Assembly: GCF_006345805.1 (NCBI RefSeq) | Contig: NC_043003.1 | Location: forward strand, 40,052,001 to 40,116,000 | DNA from: Octopus sinensis | Taxonomy: Eukaryota | DNA length: 64,000 nt | Direction of reading: 5' to 3' | Shown here: positions 22,347 to 33,743 of the stretch, one piece after another | Position numbering within the stretch: position 1 is the stretch's first letter | How the letters are laid out: each line of letters begins with the position of its first letter | Notes under the pieces: generated by a model | The model's input: the letters and a program-made list of their open reading frames with translations, nothing else | Databases searched by the model: none | Told to the model about the DNA's origin: nothing | Position numbers and translations under genes: made by a program

Positions 22347-23546
22347 TCACGTTACCCGACCGATGAACGCTCTTGCTTTATTGACGCAATCGTTCGTCGT
22401 CAGGCCCCCGCATACAGGTATAATTTGATAGGAGTCCTCCGGGAAAGACTTCTCGAACCTGCACCGATCGTCATGGAGTAGGACCTCCGCAGCCAGCTGC
22501 GAAGGCCACTCGGGACACTCCATGCAGGACCGAAGTCCCTCCCATTGGTTTCTCTTCCTCATTTTACCCATTTCATCTTCTATTGTTCCTCCCTTGTAGA
22601 AGAGGACCACATAATATTTCTCCGGCCACACAACCACAAACGGCGGAGGAGACATTGGAGACGCCGTCTGCGTGTTACAATCCGCTGGCGGCGTTCCGTT
22701 TCTCTTCTTTCTTTTTTTCTTTTTTCCCTGGGCCACGGGAGGTTGAGGTTCCGGTGTTGCACACGCCGGATCCACTTTGTCTCCCGTAGCTTCCTGGTCT
22801 TTTAGTGGGTCACCATTGTTCCCCACTTTTCGTTTTCTCGTTGAGGAAGTCACCGCTTCCTTGTTCTGTTTCTCTCCCTCTATTGGTGGGGCAGGGAGAG
22901 GCTCCGATATCAACTTCTCCAGGATCCTACTCTGGTTCCTGGGGCAGCTCTTCTTGATGTGGCCGGTCTCCGAACACAGGTGACACCTGGGGGCGCGTCC
23001 CTCAAGCATCACCGGATACTTTGACCCGGCCATCTTCAAGAAGTCTGGCAAAACCAGACTCTTGGCCGACTGGGTCCACAGAGTCAAAGTAGCCTTTCCT
23101 CCCTCCCAGTTAGCCGCAGGCTGCATTTTCACATTCAGGATCTTGGCGCTACCACCGCTCAGACCCCGGCGGATGGAATCTTCCACCCACTCGGGCTCAA
23201 AGCCGGGCGGCAGGCCACAGACCCATAAATGTAACAATTTTTCCCCCTTGTAACTGGGGAGAAACAGAATCTCATTGCCCTCAATGGGCTGGCTTGCAAA
23301 TTTGCAAGCTGCTTCAGCGGAGTCAAATAGCAACCATACCGTTGCGTATTTGACTCCCCGTTGAATATGTTTAACGGCTGGCATATAGTCTGCCAGCTCG
23401 TTCACAATGGTGTCTCTCGGAAAAACCATTATGGCGTCGAGTGACTTTGAATATGTCCTCAACACCACAGTCTTTTCCTCGAGTTCGTGCAAATATTTTT
23501 TGGGAGGTGTTAATTCCCACACAGTGAAATTCTTTGCCTTTGCCAT
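22347..23546 (-). CDS. ORF1p/Gag-like nucleic-acid-binding protein with CCHC zinc knuckle, 399 aa
   Basis: Uninterrupted ORF; CHLCSETGHIKKSC (Cx2Cx4Hx4C); RRM-like segment LWVCGLPPGFEPEWVEDSI before it; Pro/Lys-rich region with KKKKRKKR after it; GC-rich against AT-rich flanks. Confidence 0.85.
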   Translation of the reverse strand: MAKAKNFTVWELTPPKKYLHELEEKTVVLRTYSKSLDAIMVFPRDTIVNELADYMPAVKHIQRGVKYATVWLLFDSAEAACKFASQPIEGNEILFLPSYKGEKLLHLWVCGLPPGFEPEWVEDSIRRGLSGGSAKILNVKMQPAANWEGGKATLTLWTQSAKSLVLPDFLKMAGSKYPVMLEGRAPRCHLCSETGHIKKSCPRNQSRILEKLISEPLPAPPIEGEKQNKEAVTSSTRKRKVGNNGDPLKDQEATGDKVDPACATPEPQPPVAQGKKKKRKKRNGTPPADCNTQTASPMSPPPFVVVWPEKYYVVLFYKGGTIEDEMGKMRKRNQWEGLRSCMECPEWPSQLAAEVLLHDDRCRFEKSFPEDSYQIIPVCGGLTTNDCVNKARAFIGRVT

Positions 23547-23865
23547 AATGTAAAATACAACAGTTCAAAATGATAAACTAAAATTAGCCACAGAAAGGAG
23601 AATGAAAAAATGCAACAGAAGGGAAGAAATAAATTAAAAATGGCAGTTCAAAAAAGTTTTTACAAATAAATAATAGACAGAGGAAGAGAGTTCAATTCAG
23701 ACAAAGGAATTCAGTTCTTTTTTTTTTTCCACTTCTTCGGCCAAAAATTGTAATCCAGGCCAAATGCACTGTTGGTAAAACCCTTGGTAAATAATCCTTG
23801 GTAATCCGTGGACAACACAACGACAATTTCAACAATAATTTTTTCAGACGGACTATGCCGCTTCA

Positions 23866-24259
23866 AAAATACAATTTCTTTTCACTCGACACAGGCATAA
23901 AAATTATATCCGGAGCAAAGTGGAGCCTTATTATTTGCTAAAAATTATTAAATGCTAAAAAACATTCATGCAAGTAATAAAACTTCACTAAACTCGCAAA
24001 AACATAAAACGCCTACCCGTAGTCGATTCGAACATTCAACAATTCACGTTGAAACAACGCGACATCAATACAATTTTCTTTCCACTCGACACAGGCAGAA
24101 AAATTATATCTGGAGCAGAGTGGAGCCTTATTATCTGCTAAAAAATATTTAATGCTAAAAAACATTAATGCAAGTAATAAAACTTCACTTCGCTCGCAAA
24201 AATACAAAATTCCTACCTTTAGTCGAGTCGAAAGTTCAACAATTCACGTTGAAACAACG
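23866..24259 (-). repeat. Two ~200-bp monomers in the 5' UTR of the ORF1-only element
   Basis: CACTCGACACAGGC at 23883/24083 and AATTCACGTTGAAACAACG at 24041/24241 give an exact 200-bp period. Confidence 0.92.
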
Positions 24260-24300
24260 TTCATCTGGAGCAGCAAAAAAACACGTCCGAACAGTTCAGA

Positions 24301-24332
24301 GGTTAGCAAGCTACTTACCACACAGCCACTCC
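24301..24332 (-). mobile_element. Displaced 5' head (box A) of the split family A SINE
   Basis: Minus strand reads GGAGTGGCTGTGTGGTAAGTAGCTTGCTAACC. Confidence 0.9.
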
Positions 24333-24509
24333 TATTATATATATTTATAATAAAGGGTTTTTGTGCAACAAGTTGCTTGAACCACATACCGAAAACCCTT
24401 TATTATAATTATATAAATTTGTACCGAATATGGTCCTTTCCATACCGAAATTACGACTAGGTGAAATTTATTGATTTTATTAAATTAATTATATATCACC
24501 CTTTATCTG

Positions 24510-24547
<38 letters not shown>

Positions 24548-25984
24548 GTTTAAATATTTGTTGTGCAAGATTTGTTGGCTAAACTGGCAATATGACCATT
24601 CCGAAATATAACAATATATATATATATATATATATATTAACATACATTTATATTTATATATATATGAGAAAGGTTAAGTTCAGTTTCATCCTTTTTACTT
24701 TTGTGGGGGGTCCCAAAGTTAGATTTCTAATCAAGATTCTTCATATTAAATTTGTAGCTTACTATTGCAAGTATATTTTTAAATATGAAAATTAAACAAG
24801 TACAAGGTGTGTTGTGAGCATTAATAGAACACGTATCCTATATAAACTCAACAAACAATTGAAGATGGAAAAGAGAAGATGTTAAAAGTTTTATAAAATT
24901 TTAATCCATGTATACGATTGTTTCAAATGGTAACCCCAACATGTAAGGAAACATAGAAAAAATTTAATTAATTGACTATATGGAGTCTGTGTTACATAGC
25001 TCATTCAGATATTCATAAAATGATTATGAAAGATGAAATATTATAAAAAGAAACATCGTGTACCAGATCAGCATGTTGGGACATAATTTTCTAGATTCAG
25101 AATATGTGGCTCTGAAGTTTTGGAGAAATTTGTTTCCAAGAAATTATGAAGAGTAATTACTGTGTTTTAATTGCTGTTAACAGTTTAAAAATATATTTAA
25201 TTATTCTTTAACTTTCTTCTGTGTCGGATGACATCAGCAGCTGGGGAGCTGACCGGAACTTGGGGCTGACTGGAAGGGGCAGCAGTGGCGCGCGCGCGCA
25301 GGTAGGGTAGCATTCTGCCTTTTCGATCCAGGTCACCAAGCGAGTAAGACGGGATTAGCATGTTATTAAGGAGGGGGTGGAGAAGCAGCTGCTATTTCTA
25401 GCGTTTGGGTCGGGGTGTGTTGAAGGATCCATTACCGCTGAAGGGTCTCCATCTGACCAAGTATTCAAAAGGAAAATATATATATATAGCGGATGTCTGA
25501 ATGGATGTCTTCACTTGTGTGTCATTTAGAAAGAGGAGTTTGACTAATATACTACAAATTCCCATGATGGAGACAAAGTTTATGATAGCCATCATTTAGC
25601 TCAAAAAGAACTCACTATGGAGTGCTGTTCCCACATCTTAGATGATACTACTGTTGCATGCATACACAAATATACCTGACAGAATGCCAATGAAGGCCAT
25701 CTGACTGATTGATAAAATTTTAATCTTCCCATCTCTAGCCCACACACATGCAGTCTCCTCACTCTCCCTATTCAGTTGCTCCAATAATAGTCTCTACTAC
25801 TCTGAACAAATTAGTTGTATATGATACATTCCACCCAGGCTCATCAAACCATACTGTTATTCTCTATCTTGCAGGCTTTGTACTATCCACTTTGATAAAC
25901 AACACTTCCAACCAAAATGTCATCCTTCTAGAACTATTTCTTCCATCCATGTTCCCACTCTACACCTGCAAATGTTGAATGTAG

Positions 25985-26185
25985 GTGACAAACACAAACT
26001 AAATGGCACACATACATTTAGATCTATACATACATATGCCCTGGGATATGTAACACACTGCCTAAATACCAATCTTGAGAAATTAGGATTCTCAAAACCA
26101 GAAAGAAGAAAGCTGATTCGAAGACTACAGCTCTATCACTGGAACTGTAAAAACCTGTAAAACTTGCCAGAAGTTTATCATTTAA
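25985..26185 (+). mobile_element. C-terminal remnant of a restriction-like-endonuclease (RLE) LINE
   Basis: ..YALGYVTHCLNTNLEKLGFSKPERRKLIRRLQ/..ITGTVKTCKTCQKFII* resembles the ALG..L.KLG..LQ..GT end of R4/NeSL-type ORFs. Confidence 0.5.
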
Positions 26186-26211
26186 ATATTTATGCAACTA
26201 TATGCATGAGA

Positions 26212-26462
26212 ATACATACATACATACATATGTGCATACATACATATATACATATGTACATGCATACATACATATGTGCATACATACATACATACATACA
26301 TACATGCATGCATACATACATACATAAATACATACGTACGTGCATACATACATATGTATGTACATACATACATACATACATACATACGTATGTACATACA
26401 TACATACATACATACATACATACATACATACATACATACATACATACATACATACATACATA
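26212..26462. repeat. (CATA)n tetranucleotide microsatellite
   Basis: ~250 bp, imperfect then perfect repeats. Confidence 0.97.
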
Positions 26463-26996
26463 CCCTGTTGTTGATGTTGAAATTCCAATGAAGGAGCCTT
26501 GCATCTAGGGTAGGAACCAGTTCTTTCTCTTTTGGCAAGAAATCTTGAAATAAACTGAATAATGACATACATACATACAAACAAAAGTTTTCTTTCAGTT
26601 TCATTCCACTCACAAGGATTTGGTCAGTCTGAGGCTATAGTAAAAGACACTTGTCCAAAGTGTCACACAGTGAGACTGAAATCATGACGACATGATTGGG
26701 AACCAATATTGTGGAAGTTTATTCCCCTGTTTACATTTTTATGCAGTTGAACTCAGTCACATCAAATTATTGTATGAGACAGTGGACATAAACTTTAGAA
26801 TGGAACAGTGATATGCAGCTTTTCTTGAACATTGAAAAGAGTTTTACTATTCACAACTAAGTCTTCATCACAGAATTAAGTGATACAGAACTGGATGTGA
26901 ATATCAGTAGAGTTCAGCACCAATAATATGCATGGCAAAAGGAATTTAGCATCAAGTTCAGAAGCTATGCAATAATCATTAAATATTATCATCATC

Positions 26997-28702
26997 CTGC
27001 TTCGGCACCTTCATGAGCTTCTGTGTCAGTGCTGGGAAGAGGGTACAGTCCCTCAGGATATGCGGGATGCTAACATCATAACGCTTTACAAAAACAAAGG
27101 TGACCGTGGTGATTGTAACAATTACCGTGGAATATCTCTTCTAAGCACTGTTGGAAAGACCTTTGCCCGCGTTATCCTGGCCAGGCTACAACTACTTGCT
27201 TCTTGAATCTATCCGGAATCGCAGTGTGGCTTTAGAAGAAGCAGATCAACTATCGATATGATATTCTCCATACACCAACTTCAGGAGAAGTCCAGAGAGC
27301 AGAAAATGCCATTATATATGGCCTTCATTGATCTAACAAAGGCTTTTGACTCGGTAAGCAGAACAGGCCTCTTCACCCTGCTCCAAAAAATCAGATGTCC
27401 ACCAAAGCTGCTGAGGATCATCAAGTCTTTCCATGATGATATGCAAGGCACCATACAGCACAATGGTTCAACATCAGCCACCTTCCAAATAAAAACGGGG
27501 TAAAGCAAGGTTGTGTCCTCACTCCTACATTGTTTGGCATCTTCTTCTCGCTCTTACTCTCACATGCTTTTCAGGCATCAGATGTTGGAGTGTTTCTGCA
27601 GAGTAGAAGTGACGGGAAACTGTTCAATCTCTCGCGCCTGCGTGCCAAGACCAAAATCAGAAACGTCCTGATCAAGGAGATGCTATTTGCTGATGATGCC
27701 GCTCTGGTATCACACACAGAAGAAGCCCTCCAAAGGCTCATTAACTGTTTTGGGCAAGCATTTAACGACTTTGGCTTAGCTATCAGCCTTAAGAAGACCA
27801 ACATCATGGGTCAGGCTACATCGGACATCCCAAACATACATATTGGAGACCACAGATTACAAGAGGTGGAGAAGTTTACCTATCTTGGCTCTACCGTCAC
27901 CTACAACCTATCCCTTGACGCTGAGCTCAATATACGCAGTGGCAAGGCAGCTGCTGCGATGGCCCAACTCTCCAAACGGGCTTGGGATAACAATAAGCTG
28001 ACCAAGACCACGAAAATGAAGATCTACCAGGCATGTGTACTTAGCACTCTACTGTATGGAAGTGAGACTTGGACGCTATACACATGCCAAGAGAGTCGCC
28101 TAAGCATCTTTCACCTGCGCTGCCTTCGAAAAATCCTCCACATCAAATGGCAGAATCATATCCCCAACAAAGATGTCCTCAAGCAAGCAGGAATACCAAG
28201 CATGTTTGCACTCCTCACACAAAGACGTATGAGATGGCTTGGGCATGTTAGCCATATGAAAGATGGCAGAATCCCCAAGGACATACTCTACAGAGAGCTT
28301 GCTAGGGGTACTAGGTCTGTGGGTAGACTGTTCTTATGTTACAAGGATGTGTGCAAAAGGGACATGAAGGCCTGCAACATCAATATTAGCGGTTGGGAGG
28401 CAGTTGCTGGCAACCGTGGAGACTGGCAACGTACCATAAAAGAGGGAATACAAAGGAGTGACAGAGAGAGAGAGAGGAGAAATGGAAAGACAAGAAAGAC
28501 GTCAACAAGAAACTATGGCATTACAACCAGCCAAGAACAGTCTTCGCTACATTTGCGGTACCTGCCAGAGGGAGTGTTTGTCCAGGATAGGACTACACAG
28601 CCACAGCAGGAAATGTATCAGGACATGAAATGTAAAAGCCGGACTAGACTACTTTATGCGCAACTCCATTGTCTCCCGAGACAAAAAGGATGCCAACAAC
28701 AA
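26997..28702 (+). mobile_element. 5'-truncated RTE (BovB-like) LINE, RT domain through 3' tail
   Basis: NYRGISLLS, PESQCGFR, FIDLTKAFDSV, GVKQGC (frameshifted near 27500), LFADD, FTYLGS, LLYGSETW and RWLGHV motifs; one in-frame stop near 27204 plus frameshifts; ends GGATGCCAACAACAA. Confidence 0.95.
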
Positions 28703-28704
28703 GA

Positions 28705-29085
28705 TAGGTGCAAGCGTGGCTCACTTTGCAACCACATGGTTTCAGGTTCAGTTCCATTCGCGTAACACTTTAGGCAGGTGTTTACTACTATCGCTCCAGG
28801 CCAGCCGTTGCTTTATGAGAGAATCTGGTTGACAGAAACTGTGTGGAGGAAGCCTGTCATATCATATATGAAGGAGTGGTGAAAAGTTCCTGGCTTTGGG
28901 TAAAAGAAAATACAGGAGGATCAGTTAATTGTGATTTTATTGAACATACTTCCCTCTCAGATTCACACACTTATTGCAGCAGTTCTTCAGTGTTTTTAAG
29001 CCCTATAAAAGAACTCATAAGGCTGGACCTCCAACCAGGTCTTTCACGATACCCTTAAAGCCAGGAAGTTTTCATCACTCTCTCT

Positions 29086-29121
<36 letters not shown>

Positions 29122-29320
29122 TATACAGGTGTGTTTGTCACCTACTGGATTGCTTGACAACTGGTGTTGGTTTGTATGTGTTCCTGTAATCTAGCAGTTC
29201 AGCAATAGAGACTGATAGAATAAGTACCAGTGTTAAAAAAATAAGTACTGGGGTCAATATGTTCAAGGTGTTGCTCCAGCATGGCTGTGTTCCAATTACG
29301 GAAACAAGTAGCAGATAAAA
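28705..29320 (+). mobile_element. Degenerate family A SINE interrupted by a mariner MITE
   Basis: AACCACATGGTTTCAGGTTCAG head; the 3' half resumes after 29090. Confidence 0.75.
28869..29087 (-). mobile_element. Mariner-derived MITE
   Basis: ~25-bp TIRs GGAGTGGTGAAAAGTTCCTGGCTTT / AAAGCCAGGAAGTTTTCATCACTCT (22/25 match), TA context, and an internal transposase C-terminal remnant ..NKCVNLRGKYVQ* on the minus strand. Confidence 0.8.
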
Positions 29321-29724
29321 GATAGGATAACATTGTCAAAATGGTGTGCAGAAAAATTCTGAGCTGCTCAGTTTTCAAAAATCTTCCATTTCATCCCCAA
29401 TTAATGCAAAAGAGCCTAACTTAGACACTTCTTGGGATATTTCTTCTTTGATGGAAAGAATCTGATGCTGAATATCATGGTGTAAATATTTTGCATTTCA
29501 AAGTTGCTCTATGTCCTGTTCCTTGAGGATAGGGTTGTGTTTCTTTTACATTGCCATGCCCTTGTTCATTATGTTTTCTTTTGAGTGGGAGAAGAGGAAT
29601 CTATTGTAGTATTGATCATCACAAAACATGCTAAAACAAACAATAATACCTTTTTTTCACAAATTTGCTTTGTATGAGCTTTGTTAATCATAAATGTTAT
29701 AAAATGTATTTCTTATTCTTTTAT

Positions 29725-30068
29725 CTTTTATCTGTTTCAGGCTCTAGACTGTAGTCATGCTGGGGCACCACCTTGAATTTTTTTAGTTGAATGAATCGAC
29801 CCTAGTACTTAATTTTTTCTTTAAATCTGGTACTTATTACATCAGTCTCTTTTTGCTGAACTGTGAAGTTACGGGATGTGAACAAACCAACACCAGCTGT
29901 CAAGTGGTGGTGGGGGACTAACACAGACACAAAGACAAACACACACACACATGATAGACTTCTTTCAGTTTCTATTTACCAAAATCCACTCACAAGGCTT
30001 TGGTTGATCTGAGGCTATAGTAGAAGACATTTGCCCAAGGTACCATGCAGTGGGACTGAACCTGGAAT
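29725..30068 (-). mobile_element. Degenerate family A SINE
   Basis: Reverse-complement match with many CpG-type substitutions. Confidence 0.75.
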
Positions 30069-30799
30069 TGTGCCTTTGCCTTATGCAAAACTTTTTGTAG
30101 TCGCTCCTCACAGAAGCTGCTGTGATATGGAATTAAGACCTTTGGTAGACAGCAAAAGCATCTTCTGCAATAACAACATACTCCTAATCAAGAAAACCAG
30201 TCATGGTGGATGTCTGCTCGTGTATTGCTTTTCGTTTGTCCAAAAAATGTTGATAGTAAAAAATTTTTAAAAATTCATATATGTAATATGCTCTCTCTAT
30301 AGATATGATTTGAGTACACAGCCCTGCTTGACTCTGTTAGTGATTGGAAATGCAATGGAAAATATTCCACTGTCTAGCACTTGAGTGAGCATAATGTCAT
30401 GAAACTGACACACTATATGCTGATGAATTTGTGCTTGCATTTCCAACACCTGGGAAATGCAAGCACAGGACCACCCTGCCTAACACAGCTGCACCAACAG
30501 AGGTGCCACCTCCTAAGAATAAAACAGGACCACAGCAGCACAAAGAAAACATAAGCTGTGCAGGTCCAGCAGTGCCCGATTTGCAGCAGAACTTTCCAAG
30601 CTTGCATTGGCCTAATTGGCCACAACCAGATACACCATGACCCATCTTCTTCTCATATGTGATGTCCTTGATCTCATCAACAACAATGGTTGGATATTAT
30701 AGACATGATTCATAAAATTCTGGATTGAATCTCTGATAATTTGAGCCAAGCAATCATCATAATCATCATTTAACATTTGTCTTCTACACCAGCAAGTCA

Positions 30800-31410
30800 A
30801 GTGAGATCATAACCTCGTGGCCTATGCCAGGAGTGTAACCAGCCTACTTATGAGTACCTTTCCTTCATTGGACACTAAACTCTGCTTGCGAAGACCTGTT
30901 CAGGCAAGTGAAATCGAAATCAAATTTGATGACTGGCATTTGTGCTAGTGGAGCGTTAAAAGCACCATCCAAGCGTGATCGTTGCCAGAGCAGCTAACTG
31001 GCTTCCGTACTAGTGGCATGTAAAATGCACCATTTGAGCGTGATCATTACCAGCATCGCCTTACTGGCACTTGTGCCGGTGGCACATGAAAAAGCATTCG
31101 AGTGAAGTCATTGCCAGTGCCGCTGGACTGGATCCTGTGCAGGTGGCATGTAAAAAACACCATTTGAGCATGGCTGTTGACAGTACCACCTGACTGGCCC
31201 TCATGCTGGTGGCACGTAAAAGCACCCACTACACTCTTGGAGTGGTTGGCATTAGGAAGGGCATCCAGCTGTAGAAACTCTGCCAGATCAGACTGGAGCC
31301 TGATGCAGCCATCTGGTTCGCCAGTCCTCAGTCAAATCGTCCAACCCATGCTAAGCATGGAAAGCTGACATTAAACGATGATGATGATGATGAGGATGAT
31401 GATGATGATG
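30800..31410 (+). mobile_element. Family D repeat with internal subrepeats and (GAT)n tail
   Basis: Repeated GTGGCA(C/T)GTAAAAAGCACC units; GGAAGGGCATCCAGCTGTAGAAAC; CATTAAACGATGATGATG end. Confidence 0.8.
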
Positions 31411-31674
31411 ACTGGCATGGCTTGGACGGTTTGACAGGATCTGACAAGCAAGAGGGCTATGTTGAGCTCCAATGTCTGCTTTGACATGGTTTCTATGGCT
31501 TGATGCCCTTCCTAAGATCAACTACTTTACAAAGTGTACTCAGTAATTTTATTGTTACACTGGTGTTAATGACGTCACCAAGTAACTTGCATGATTAGAC
31601 TTCACTTAAATGAAGGTAGGGGCTTTGTGCCAGGTGTTGAGAGGTAAAAGTATGTTTGTGAAAATTTTCTGACC

Positions 31675-31849
31675 AGGTGTGGCTGTGTGTTAAGAAGTTT
31701 GCTTCCCAACTGCATAGTTCCAGGTTCAGTCCCACAATGTGGTGCCTTGCACAAATATTTTCTACTATAATCTTGTGCTGACCAAAACTTTGTGAGTAAA
31801 TTTGGTAGACAGAAACTGAAAGAAGCTTGTTGTATATGTGTGTGTGTGT

Positions 31850-31891
<42 letters not shown>

Positions 31892-32143
31892 TTTGTGTCT
31901 GTATTTGTCCACCATTACTGCTTCACGACTGATCTTTAATTACAGTTCTACATTTAAGAGATGAGGAATTATGTACATTATTTACATTATTTACATTATA
32001 TACATTCGACGGATATTCGTCCTCATTTTGTTTGTTGTTAACATATGCCCACGGGCATATGACGTAGTGGTTAAGAGCGCGGGCTACTAACCCCAAGATT
32101 CTGAGTTTGATTCCAAGCAGTGACCTGAACAATAATAATAATA

Positions 32144-32227
<84 letters not shown>

Positions 32228-32560
32228 CATTGAAGAATACCTTAGGAATGAGAACCCAGGTTCGAAATTTTCCCAAGACACCTGAAGAAGGCTGGAGGGT
32301 ATATCAGATGAAACATGTTAACAACAAACAAAATGAGGACAAATATCCATCGAATGTAAATAATGGTCTTGGTTTGTTTACATCACCATAATTTGGTGTT
32401 TCAGCAAAAAGAGACTAACAGAATAAGTACCAGGTTTAAAAGAAGAAAAAAAAACACTAGGGTCAATCCATTCAACTAAAAAGAGAAATTTCTTTAAAGC
32501 AGTGCTCCAGCATGGGTGCAGTCTAATGACTAAAAGAAGTAAAAAAGAAGAAAACAAAAG
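31675..32560 (+). mobile_element. Degenerate family A SINE split by the 31930-32362 insertion
   Basis: Head at 31675; the 3' half resumes at ~32365 (GGTTTGTTTACATC..GAATAAGTACC). Confidence 0.75.
31930..32362 (+). mobile_element. tRNA-headed element with (AAT)n centre and Penelope-like/hammerhead-like 3' part
   Basis: Box A TGACGTAGTGG and box B GAGTTTGATTCC (32053-32115); (AAT)n at 32131-32225; CTGAAGA (32282) and GAAAC (32310); 43-bp inverted repeat 32001-32043 / 32316-32358 (41/43 match). Confidence 0.65.
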
Positions 32561-33514
32561 GAAGAAAACAAAAGTAGTTGAGATGGTTTGTTGCTTTGAT
32601 TGTTGCTAATATCAGCAAGATAAGGATCTTGAATCTACTGAACCCAAATTTTCTTCAAAATATTAATTTTCACCCTAAAGGGTGTCTTTTGAAGTGAAAA
32701 ATCTCCAGAATTTTGACCACAGTGTAGTTTGGCTATTTGTCCCTCAATGTCTGTGATAACACTATCACCTTTGTTACTACATGTGTCTTCCAAATATGTT
32801 AAATCAATATCTGGATAATCTATAACCTTCAACATCTTCCATAGTTGCATTAAGCTTTCAAATTAATTACTATATATGTTCCTTTTATATAGGGACCTGC
32901 ATCAATAAATTAACTGGTCATTTATAAATGTCACTGTTTAAAGAATATGGCAGAAAGTCAGCTAACAGAGCAGCTTGACACATTAAGATATCTGACAGTG
33001 CTCTATCACTTTTGAATATAAACAAACACAAACATTATTATCCCATTACATTAGTAGGTAAATATATTTATGATGAAGTAATTCTATTTCCCTTTCTGAA
33101 AAAATGCTAATATAATTTAGCTGCTGTAAGTTAAAGTAGCAAGCTGGAAGAATTGATAATATGCTGGGTGAAAATGCTCATCAGCATTTTGTCTGTCTTT
33201 ATGTTCTCAGCTCACGTTCCACCGAGATAGACTTTGCCTTTCATCCTTTCAAGATTGATAAAAAAAAAGTACCAGTTGAGTACTGAGGTTGATGTAATTG
33301 ATTTCTTCCTCTCTCAAAAAACTGCTGGCCCTGTGCCAAAATTTGAAACCAGTTAGCTGCCATAAGCAGCTATATCTTGTTTATTGTGAAGGTAGCTTGT
33401 AGAGGGGTCAATAATAAGGACCAACAAATTGGTCTTTGGTTCTAGCCAAAAGGACAAGACTATATGCAAATAAAAGCATAGACAAAAGAAGTACTAAATA
33501 ACAGTAGTATATAT

Positions 33515-33743
33515 TTCTTTACTACCCACAAGGGGCTAAACAAAGAGGGGACAAACAAGGACAGACAATCGGATTAAGTCGATTACATCGACCCCAGTGC
33601 GTAACTGGTACTTAATTTATCGACCCCGAAAGGATGAAAGGCAAAGTCGACCTCGGCGGAATTTGAACTCAGAAGGTAGCGGCAGACGAAATACCGCTAA
33701 GCATTTCGCCCGGCGTGCTAACGATTCTGCCAGCTCTCCGCCT
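33515..33743 (-). mobile_element. Family B SINE, full length
   Basis: Reverse complement of the 6252/19961 type. Confidence 0.92.

Larger units (their letters stand above)
22059..24300 (-). mobile_element. ORF1-only non-LTR retroelement (L1/Tx1-type, HAL1-like architecture)
   Basis: 16-bp TSD GGTTAGCAAGCTACTT at 22043-22058 and 24301-24316; single 399-aa ORF; ~290-bp 3' UTR ending ATTAAATGAAATA; no endonuclease or RT ORF. Confidence 0.85.

Noticed and set aside
22545-23568. Short overlapping ORFs inside the ORF1-only element as a possible ORF2
   Set aside because: All are under 90 aa and lack APE or RT motifs; they are shadows of the main ORF.
26164-26613. Five overlapping 70-143-aa ORFs (YIHT/MYVC repeats)
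   Set aside because: These are translations of the (CATA)n microsatellite.
27530-28765. 411-aa ORF as a functional host gene or active RT
   Set aside because: It is part of a 5'-truncated RTE with an upstream stop and frameshift; the C-terminus runs out of frame into the 3' UTR and a SINE.
31923-32391. Poly-Ile, poly-Leu and poly-Asn ORFs
   Set aside because: These are translations of (AAT)n inside a repeat element.
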